From positions 1 through 13,373 of the forward strand of contig CAYZSS010000023.1 of NCBI GenBank assembly GCA_964480435.1: a stretch of 13,373 nucleotides of DNA, given 5' to 3'. Both the position numbers and the translations under genes were made by a program. The notes beneath the pieces are model-generated. The model was given only the letters and a program-made list of their open reading frames with translations, did no database searches and was not told the DNA's origin. Below, piece by piece: positions 5,903 through 12,497 of this stretch. Every line of letters starts with the position of its first letter. Position 1 is the first letter of the stretch. Source of the stretch: an uncultured archaeon (lineage in GTDB: Archaea > Iainarchaeota > Iainarchaeia > Iainarchaeales > 0-14-0-20-30-16).

Positions 5903-8272
5903 ATGGAACAAAATAAATATCAACAGGAACAACTACTTACTGAAAAAACATGGACTAAGGAAAAAGAAGCAGAGATTATAGATAAAATCTTCAAAGAAAA
6001 TAGATTCAAATTCAACAAAAACACAAAAAAGAAGATTTATTCAATTGATACTCCTCCTCCATTCATAAATGCCCCAATTCACATAGGACATGCAACAACT
6101 TATGTACTAATGGATATGTTTGCCAGATATAAAAGACAGCAAGGCTTTGAAGTAATATATCCTTTAGGTTTAGATAGAAATGGTTTGCCAATTGAAGTTG
6201 CTGCAGAAAAAAAATTCAATGTAAAGTTAACCCAAATAGATAGAGAAAAGGCATTAGATTATTGCCTAAAAGTTTTAGCAGAAACATCCTTAGCTTCAAC
6301 AAACGCCTACAAAAGATTAGCAATTGGATTTAGTTCCTACGAACTAGGAAACGAAATCGGAGATGCATATTATACTGATTTAGAAGATTACAGAATATTG
6401 ACTCAAGCAACCTTTATTGAACTTTGGAATAAAGGACTAGTTTACGAAGACGAGAGAGTAAATAATTGGGACCCTTTGTTACAAACTACAATTGCGGACT
6501 CAGAGATTGAATACAAAGATATTGAAACTTATTTTAGCGATGTAACTTTTAAATGTAAAGAAACCGGAGAAGATTTGATCATTGGAACCACAAGACCAGA
6601 GTTAATTGCTTCCTGTGGAATGGTTATTTTTAATCCAGAGGATAAAAGATACTTCCATTTAGAAGGAAAAACAGCAATAACCCCACTTTATAATAGAGAA
6701 ATAAAAATAAAATCAGACCCTATAGCCAAAACAGACAAAGGAACTGGGCTTGTTATGATGTGCTCTGCAGGAGACCTTAGTGACATAAGGTTCTTTAGAG
6801 ATAATAACATTAAGCCAATAATAAGCATAGATAAAGACGGAACAATGAACGAAAATACTGAATTCTTAAATGGGCTTCGTGTAAAAGATGCCAGAAACAA
6901 GATAATAGAAGAGCTTGAAAAAAAAGGTTTGCTAACAAATAAAAGAAAAGTAATGCACCAAATACCAATAAGTGAAAGATCAAAAGCAGAAGTAGAATTT
7001 ATATCTATGAAAGAATTTTATCTAAAACAAATGGATGTTAGGGATAAAATCATGGAAATAGCAAAAGAACTTAAGTTTTTTTCTGAAAACTCAAGACAAA
7101 TCCTAATAGATTGGATTAATTCAGTAAATATGGACTGGCCTTTATCCAGAAGAAGGTATTACGGTACTGAAATTCCATTGTGGCATTGTAAAACTTGCGA
7201 TTATGTATACTTGCCAAAACCAGGAAAATATTATAGACCATGGAAGGAAAAATGTGAGTTAGAAGAGTGCCCAAAATGTAAGGGAAAAGAATTCCAAGGG
7301 GAAATAAGAATTTTTGATACTTGGTTTGATTCAGGATCAACACCGCAATATGTTTTAGGGTATTATAAAGACCCTGAATTCTATAAGAAAAATAGCCCCT
7401 GCACTCTAAGACCTCAGGGAAAAGAGATTATTAGAACTTGGCTATATTACACTTTGCTAAAAACTTATTTATTAACTGGGGAGAAAGCATTCCAAGATGT
7501 ATGGATCAATCACCACATTCTCGATGGCAAAGGAATAAAAATGTCCAAATCCTTAGGAAATATTATAGACCCACAAGAAGTATTGGCCAAATACGGATCT
7601 GAACCATTTAGACTTTGGACAACTTTAGAAGGAAATATCACTAACACAGATATGATGTGCTCATTTGATAGAATTGAAGGAGCCACAAAAACAGTTATTA
7701 AACTCTGGAATGTTGCAAGGTTTATTTCTTCTTTTAAGAAAATAGAAACAGCTGAACTAACTGAGATTGATAAAAGCATTATTGCTGAACTAGACACACT
7801 TATAATTAATTCAGAGAAATCATTTAACGAGTATGATTTCCACAGCCCCACAAAAGAAATAAAACATTTCATTTGGGAAGATTTTGCATCACATTATTTA
7901 GAGATTGCAAAAAAAAGAATATACTCTTTAACTATTGGTGACAAAAGCAAAGAAGCTGCAGTTTATACCCTATATACCATTCTTGAAAAATTATTAGTGC
8001 TACTACACCCAATTACACCAGTAATTACAGAAGAAATATATTCAAAACTTTATAACAAAGAGATACATCTTCAGGAGTATCCAAAGACTACAAACATAAA
8101 ATCAGAAGTACAATTCTCAGAAATCATAAAAATAAATGCAGAAATTTGGAAATACAAACAAGAAAAAACAATAAAAAACATAGAAACTTTAGAAGAGTAT
8201 ACAATTCCTGAAAATCTAAAAACCGTAAAAGAAGATATTGCTCTATTGCACAACATAAAAAATATAAAGTGA
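5903..8272 (+). CDS. valS: valyl-tRNA synthetase, archaeal-type class Ia
   Basis: 789 aa. IDTPPPFINAPIHIGH (HIGH), GLDRNGLPIE, an editing-domain GTTRPEL motif, WPLSRRRYYGTEIPLW, KMSKS. The N-terminal pattern resembles archaeal ValRS more than LeuRS or IleRS, and the length is too short for those. GGGTG SD at 5891..5895. Confidence 0.85.
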   Translation: MEQNKYQQEQLLTEKTWTKEKEAEIIDKIFKENRFKFNKNTKKKIYSIDTPPPFINAPIHIGHATTYVLMDMFARYKRQQGFEVIYPLGLDRNGLPIEVAAEKKFNVKLTQIDREKALDYCLKVLAETSLASTNAYKRLAIGFSSYELGNEIGDAYYTDLEDYRILTQATFIELWNKGLVYEDERVNNWDPLLQTTIADSEIEYKDIETYFSDVTFKCKETGEDLIIGTTRPELIASCGMVIFNPEDKRYFHLEGKTAITPLYNREIKIKSDPIAKTDKGTGLVMMCSAGDLSDIRFFRDNNIKPIISIDKDGTMNENTEFLNGLRVKDARNKIIEELEKKGLLTNKRKVMHQIPISERSKAEVEFISMKEFYLKQMDVRDKIMEIAKELKFFSENSRQILIDWINSVNMDWPLSRRRYYGTEIPLWHCKTCDYVYLPKPGKYYRPWKEKCELEECPKCKGKEFQGEIRIFDTWFDSGSTPQYVLGYYKDPEFYKKNSPCTLRPQGKEIIRTWLYYTLLKTYLLTGEKAFQDVWINHHILDGKGIKMSKSLGNIIDPQEVLAKYGSEPFRLWTTLEGNITNTDMMCSFDRIEGATKTVIKLWNVARFISSFKKIETAELTEIDKSIIAELDTLIINSEKSFNEYDFHSPTKEIKHFIWEDFASHYLEIAKKRIYSLTIGDKSKEAAVYTLYTILEKLLVLLHPITPVITEEIYSKLYNKEIHLQEYPKTTNIKSEVQFSEIIKINAEIWKYKQEKTIKNIETLEEYTIPENLKTVKEDIALLHNIKNIK

Positions 8273-8309
8273 TTAAAATCCCACCCTTGCAATGGTGGAA
8301 CTATGGGGG

Positions 8310-8393
8310 GTAATTACCATAACTAAGCAAGTAATTACAGTTTTTACCCACCCCTAATTTTGTTAACTTTCTTAATCTAATTACCGTAATTAC
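8310..8393. promoter_or_regulatory. array of GTAATTAC palindromes, a candidate operator or RNA-structure element
   Basis: Exact self-complementary 8-mer GTAATTAC at 8310..8317, 8331..8338 (21-nt spacing) and 8386..8393, plus cTAATTAC at 8377..8384. It lies between the valS stop and the 84-aa ORF. Confidence 0.4.
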
Positions 8394-8503
8394 TTTTAAA
8401 TCAAACCAATAAGAGCTATTTGGTTTGTTTTTGTTAACCAAACAGAATATAGTTAACAAGCAACATATTAATTGTATAATAAACCCAAAAGGAGGTTTTA
8501 GAT

Positions 8504-8758
8504 ATGGAAAAACCAAGAATGATTGAAAGCTTTGAAGTTCTACTAAAAAAATACGGCAGAGTATTAAGTTTAAAAGAATTAGTTGAATTTTCAAAGCAAG
8601 CAAGAGACTGCGGTTACTCATTTAGAATTAGAAAAGATTCAGATGAAATTAAAGCAGAGTATGAAGTTCCAGAACTTTTTGATAAGTTCAGAAGATATGC
8701 TTGTAGAGACAGGGACATATCCTTAACACCTGCACAAGAATACATGTATAGAATATAA
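8504..8758 (+). CDS. hypothetical protein, 84 aa, no recognisable family
   Basis: Best SD in the window (GGAGGT at 8491..8496, 7-nt spacer) with an ATG start. The composition is not low-complexity. LSLKELVEFSKQARDCGYS is faintly helix-turn-helix-like, which is speculative. Confidence 0.65.
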   Translation: MEKPRMIESFEVLLKKYGRVLSLKELVEFSKQARDCGYSFRIRKDSDEIKAEYEVPELFDKFRRYACRDRDISLTPAQEYMYRI

Positions 8759-8778
8759 AATAAGAGAAGAGTCAAAAC

Positions 8779-8810
8779 TAGGCTGGGGATTTCCCTTCCC
8801 CTCCGGCCTA
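8779..8810. terminator. G+C-rich hairpin between convergent genes, a candidate bidirectional terminator
   Basis: TAGGCTGGGG ... CCCTCCGGCCTA: about 10 pairs including two G-U wobbles and a 12-nt loop. It is flanked by GTTTT on the minus strand and lies between the 8758 stop (+) and the 8834 stop (-). Confidence 0.4.
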
Positions 8811-8833
8811 AAAATTTACTAATTCTAAATAGA

Positions 8834-9622
8834 TTATTTATAATTTGTACTATAAGACATTACATCTGTGCAAATATCCTTATCTTTCCATTCTTCAACC
8901 CAGTCATTTACATTATAAACTTTATATGTCCCATTCTTCTGACTACAAACAACTCTTTCAATACCAGCATTCACCAGTAATTTTTTACAGATAAAACAGG
9001 GAAAAGCGTCAATAGGTTCAACCAACCCCAAATAATTTTTTTCAGAATATAAATAAACTGTTCCGCCTAAAATCTTCGCACCAGTTCTTGCTGCATTTAT
9101 TATGGCATTCTGCTCTGCGTGCACAGATGCGCAAAGTTCATATCTTTGTCCTGAAGGAACATTATTCATTCTTCTAATACAATATCCTCTCTCAAAGCAA
9201 CCCTTAGTTTTTCTTGGAGCACCATTATACCCAGAGCTAACAATTGTATTATCTACAACAATTACACAACCCATTCTTGCGGACAAACAATCTGATCGCA
9301 ACGCATGTTCCTTTGCAATATTTAAAAAAAAGTCATTCCAATTTGGTTTATCACTATTTTCCAGTTGTATTTTCAAAAGCAAGTTATCAATATTCTTACT
9401 TAATTCATCCAAGGTGCCATTATTATCTAAAGTATATCTAGCCAAAGTCTTACATTTCATTAATTGTTGGGCATTATCGTCTTTGTTTTCTAATTCTTTC
9501 ATCTCAGAGCTAAGGAAATCTTCATAAGTTATAACATGTTCCAACTCTTTACTTCTTTGTTTTGCCCTGTTATATCGTATTTCTGATTCAACATCAATAT
9601 AAACTAAAAAAAAGCGACCCAA
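8834..9622 (-). CDS. dCMP deaminase (ComEB/T4-cd type) preceded by the C-terminal remnant of an NMP-kinase/UPF0200-like domain
   Basis: The deaminase core starts around residue 93: HAEQNAI zinc/catalytic motif, PCFICKKLLVNAGI (PCxxC), and the extra GC..GYC..C cluster typical of dCMP deaminases. Residues 1..90 (FFLVYIDVESEIRYNRAKQR...DELSKNIDNLL) resemble the tail of small P-loop kinases. The track start at 9622 is TTG with no SD; the first ATG is at 9502. See the fragment at 9594..9668. Confidence 0.85.
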   Translation of the reverse strand: MGRFFLVYIDVESEIRYNRAKQRSKELEHVITYEDFLSSEMKELENKDDNAQQLMKCKTLARYTLDNNGTLDELSKNIDNLLLKIQLENSDKPNWNDFFLNIAKEHALRSDCLSARMGCVIVVDNTIVSSGYNGAPRKTKGCFERGYCIRRMNNVPSGQRYELCASVHAEQNAIINAARTGAKILGGTVYLYSEKNYLGLVEPIDAFPCFICKKLLVNAGIERVVCSQKNGTYKVYNVNDWVEEWKDKDICTDVMSYSTNYK

Positions 9623-9668
9623 CAGTATCCTTTCCAGAAGCTAAAAAACCAGTAAGCCCAATAATCAT
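9594..9668 (-). pseudogene. 24-codon Walker-A fragment (MIIGLTGFLASGKDTVGSLFFSLY*), out of frame with the deaminase ORF
   Basis: ATG 9668..9666 with GTGAT SD (9677..9673, 4-nt spacer) and a TATA-like AATATATT around 9711..9720. GLTGFLASGKDT is an NMP-kinase-type P-loop. The frame differs by 1 nt from ORF 8834..9622. The junction lies in the A8 run at 9606..9613 (T8 on the coding strand). Confidence 0.6.
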
Positions 9669-9767
9669 AAGAATCACTTTTTTGTTATATAAAAAAAACT
9701 ACAGGGAAAACAATATATTCTATTTGCTTTACAAAAGATTAGATAAAAATAAAAGAGAAAAAAGGAA

Positions 9768-11012
9768 TTAATTCCTATTATCTCTAAAGCTTCTTTTTGG
9801 GCCGCTTGTTCTTTTATTAAAAGGCCTTTTGTTATCCCGGCTATCTTTGCTACCAAACCGATCTCCACCATGGGATCCACCAGACCTATCATTTCTGTGG
9901 CTTCTACTGTCTCTATTATGCGGTCTATAACCTCCGCCACCACTACCACTACGTCTTGGATCAAAGTTCACTGGTACAGAATCAATAAGGTTTATTGCTA
10001 TTCCTGTTTTTCCCATTCTACCTGTTCTTCCAATTCTGTGTTTGTGGGTGTCTTTATCCCTAGCCATATCATAATTTACAACGTATTCAATATCATCAAC
10101 TTGTAAACCACGAGCAGCAACATCTGTAGCAATTAAAACTTGTTTTCTTCCAGATTTAAAATCCTTTAAAGAATATTCCCTATTATTTTGGGTCTTATCC
10201 CCATGTATAGCTACTACACCAAATCCATCATTAGATAATTTGTCACAGAGCACATCAGCATAAGATTTTCTTGAAACAAACACAAGAACTTTTTTACCAT
10301 GGGCTTCTTTTACTACATTCAATAATGTAGAGTACTTGTCATTTTTTGTAACCTCTACGTTTTTTTCAGTTATATTTGTACCCACAACTTCTGCAGGAAG
10401 AGTTATTTCCTTATATTTTGGAATATATTCAGCAATTAATCTAGCAACTTTGCCTTCCAGAGTTGCTGAAAACATATGAACATTTTTTGGATTAACCAGT
10501 TTTAGGATTTGTTTTATATCTGTTATAAACCCCATATCTAAAATTCTATCCGCTTCATCTAAAACAACAGTATCAAATAAATTTGGGTTTATTACATGCC
10601 TTTTAATATGATCAAGCAATCTTCCAGGAGTTGCAACAAGCACATCTACCCCTTTTCTTAATTGTCTTACTTCATCATTTATACCGTGCCCACCATAAAC
10701 ATTGTAAACTTTCAATCTCGAATGTTTATTTAGCAGACTTATTTCTGTTCTAACCTGGACAACCAATTCCCTGGTTGGGCCAATAATCAAAACGTTTTTT
10801 GACAGGTTATTAAGAATTCTATCTGATATTGGAATTCCAAAAGCCAGAGTTTTTCCACTCCCTGTATGGCTCTTACAAACTATATTTTCCCCTTTTATTA
10901 TTTCAGGGATTACTCTTGCTTGTACTTCAGTAGCATCTATATATTTTAGATCACTAAGTGATCTTTTAAGTGCACTGTTAAATTGTATTTCATCAAATTT
11001 TACCATATCCAT
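9768..11012 (-). CDS. DEAD-box ATP-dependent RNA helicase with an Arg/Gly/Ser-rich C-terminal tail
   Basis: All core motifs are present: a Q-motif region, SHTGSGKT (I), PTRELVVQV (Ia), TPGRLLD (Ib), LDEADRILDMGF (II), SAT (III), IHGDKTQNNR, ARGLQVDD (V), HRIGRTGR (VI). The last roughly 65 aa are RSGSGGGGYRPHNRDSRSHRNDRSGG... Confidence 0.93.
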   Translation of the reverse strand: MDMVKFDEIQFNSALKRSLSDLKYIDATEVQARVIPEIIKGENIVCKSHTGSGKTLAFGIPISDRILNNLSKNVLIIGPTRELVVQVRTEISLLNKHSRLKVYNVYGGHGINDEVRQLRKGVDVLVATPGRLLDHIKRHVINPNLFDTVVLDEADRILDMGFITDIKQILKLVNPKNVHMFSATLEGKVARLIAEYIPKYKEITLPAEVVGTNITEKNVEVTKNDKYSTLLNVVKEAHGKKVLVFVSRKSYADVLCDKLSNDGFGVVAIHGDKTQNNREYSLKDFKSGRKQVLIATDVAARGLQVDDIEYVVNYDMARDKDTHKHRIGRTGRMGKTGIAINLIDSVPVNFDPRRSGSGGGGYRPHNRDSRSHRNDRSGGSHGGDRFGSKDSRDNKRPFNKRTSGPKRSFRDNRN

Positions 11013-11262
11013 TACTCCATGAAAAGTAATTTTGCAATTTAATATGGATCAGAAAAGTTAAATAAACTAATAAGAATTCACTCTTAAAAGAGCAAATTAA
11101 ATTTATTAACCGTTCTATCACAAAGACCAATGTCTTATTACACAGCAAACAAATTGCGGTTTCTATTACATTACATCAATTACTATACTATATAACCTAG
11201 CCAGGTATTAGTTTATAAACTAGAAGGGTAACTAGATTATGCCCCCAATTATATGATTTAAG

Positions 11263-12195
11263 CTATTTTATTTCTTTAAATGTGCCTTTGTACATTTTCA
11301 ACATAAACTTAATTGTAGGCATCAAATTGTTCTGTTTTTGAAATTCTTGTAATGTACTATAATATTCGCCCCTACCTTCATAAGTAATAATCAAAGGTGG
11401 CAATTTGTGTTTTAGTAGCACATTATTAAGCAACAACCTTCCAACTCTACCGTTGCCATCTGCAAAAGGGTGTATATTCTCAAACTGATTATGCACAATT
11501 CCAGCTAAAACAACAGAATGGTATTTTCTTTTATTTTTCTTATACCAATCTACAAGTTCAGACAATAAAGATTCTAATTGCTGAGGAGGCGCACCCCTAT
11601 GTACAACAGTGTTATTACCATCAACAACTACTACATTTTCCTTTCTTAATGTGCCAGCAAATTCTTTTGAATTCTTGAAAACAATATAGTGAAGTCCTTT
11701 GATCAAATCAATTGAAAGGTGTTTTTTTGTTTTTCTACAGAAATTTAATGCTTCTTCAATGCCTAATGCTTCTGCAATATCTTCTTTTGATTTATTTTTA
11801 GGCCATTTTTCTTTTTCAAATAATTCATTAACTTCTTTTTGCTCAAGCCGCGAACCCTCTATTGCATTAGTATTGTAGGCAAAAGAATTATAGAACTTTT
11901 GCCATTCTTTTATCGTTAGTTTTTTGTTAGTAATATCGGCAGTTTTAATTAGTTTATTAATATAATTCAATTCATCTTCATTAAGAGCATATTTTAGAGG
12001 ATCTTTCTGTTTTCTTACTTCATACAACTGATTTTTTAGGAATTTTTCAGCAATAGTTTTTTTTTGTTTTATTTGTACAGGAGTTAGATTTTCTCCTAAA
12101 TATCGCCTGATTTTCCTTATTTTTCCATTATCACGGTATGATGTTGCTAAATAATACTTTATTTTTTTACCCACATTAGACCTTTCAATAAACAT
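11263..12195 (-). CDS. Fic-domain protein (AMP-transferase type), class II with an internal inhibitory helix
   Basis: Canonical Fic motif HPFADGNGRVGR (HxFx[D/E]GNGRxxR). An upstream TNAIEG matches the inhibitory [S/T]xxxE[G/N] motif within the same polypeptide. ATG at 12195 has no SD, and a TATA-like ATATATAT sits about 25 nt upstream. Confidence 0.9.
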   Translation of the reverse strand: MFIERSNVGKKIKYYLATSYRDNGKIRKIRRYLGENLTPVQIKQKKTIAEKFLKNQLYEVRKQKDPLKYALNEDELNYINKLIKTADITNKKLTIKEWQKFYNSFAYNTNAIEGSRLEQKEVNELFEKEKWPKNKSKEDIAEALGIEEALNFCRKTKKHLSIDLIKGLHYIVFKNSKEFAGTLRKENVVVVDGNNTVVHRGAPPQQLESLLSELVDWYKKNKRKYHSVVLAGIVHNQFENIHPFADGNGRVGRLLLNNVLLKHKLPPLIITYEGRGEYYSTLQEFQKQNNLMPTIKFMLKMYKGTFKEIK

Positions 12196-12205
12196 AATAA
12201 CATTA

Positions 12206-12268
12206 GGTGACTACAAATATATATTCTTTTCTGTCAGGGTGACTACAAATGTACAAAATGTAGTCACC
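12206..12268. promoter_or_regulatory. three copies of GGTGACTACA(AAT) around the putative Fic promoter, a candidate operator
   Basis: GGTGACTACAAAT at 12206..12218 and 12238..12250 (direct, 32-nt offset). An inverted copy TGTAGTCACC at 12259..12268 forms a 10-bp inverted repeat with the second copy across an 11-nt spacer. The TATA-like ATATATAT (12217..12224) lies between copy 1 and the inverted-repeat pair. Confidence 0.45.
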
Positions 12269-12341
12269 TATTCTAAAAAAGAACAAATAACATTACATTT
12301 AAAAACAAAACCACATCTAAAAATAGTTACTAAATTAATTT

Positions 12342-12415
12342 GGGGCCGTGGTGTAGCCCGGTTAGCATCTAAGCTTTGGGAGCTTATGACCCCGGTCCAA
12401 ATCCGGGCGGCCTCA
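12342..12415 (+). tRNA. tRNA-Pro (anticodon UGG)
   Basis: Manual cloverleaf, 74 nt. Acceptor GGGGCCG/CGGCCTC (one G-U), D-arm GTGT-AGCCCGGTTA-GCAT, anticodon arm TAAGC-TTTGGGA-GCTTA, T-arm CCCGG-TCCAAAT-CCGGG, discriminator A. No CCA is encoded. An oligo-T tract follows. Confidence 0.9.
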
Positions 12416-12441
12416 TTTTATCCTTTTTTTTATAAAAAAAG
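12416..12441. terminator. T8-AT-A7 near-palindrome between convergent tRNA-Pro and adk
   Basis: TTTTATCC TTTTTTTT AT AAAAAAA G: oligo-T on both strands directly after the tRNA 3' end and about 55 nt downstream of the adk stop. Confidence 0.35.
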
Positions 12442-12497
12442 TAAGAACTAAATTTCCCAAAAGAAAAACTTTAAAGTATAAAGCCTCAGAGACTATT

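Noticed and set aside
8292-8357. 21-codon ORF (MVELWGVITITKQVITVFTHP) in the valS downstream spacer
   Set aside because: It has no SD and spans the GTAATTAC palindromes, which explain the sequence better.
8301-8621. 106-aa minus-strand ORF
   Set aside because: It covers the palindrome-rich spacer and runs antisense to the well-supported 84-aa gene. It has no SD and a hydrophobic, low-complexity translation typical of AT-rich antisense frames.
8280-8810. MITE-like element carrying the 84-aa gene, bounded by G/C-run segments (CCCACCCC on the left, GGCTGGGG on the right)
   Set aside because: The putative terminal inverted repeats match at only about 7 of 10 positions, no target-site duplication is visible, and the right-hand element is better explained as a terminator hairpin.
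11209-11222. 14-bp perfect palindrome TAGTTTATAAACTA in the 250-nt Fic / helicase spacer, with nearby AACTAGA x2 and TACTA/ATTAC micro-repeats
   Set aside because: It is real in the sequence but almost pure A/T with an embedded TATA-like core. In this base composition I cannot distinguish it from chance or a generic promoter or terminator element, and no partner motif was found.
11263-12415. Fic gene as cargo of a tRNA-Pro-integrated mobile element
   Set aside because: There is no integrase, no duplicated tRNA 3' segment (att-like repeat) anywhere in the window, and no compositional break.
12239-12451. 70-aa ORF on the + strand
   Set aside because: It runs straight through tRNA-Pro (12342..12415) and the operator-like repeats, so it is an artefact of an open frame over an RNA gene.
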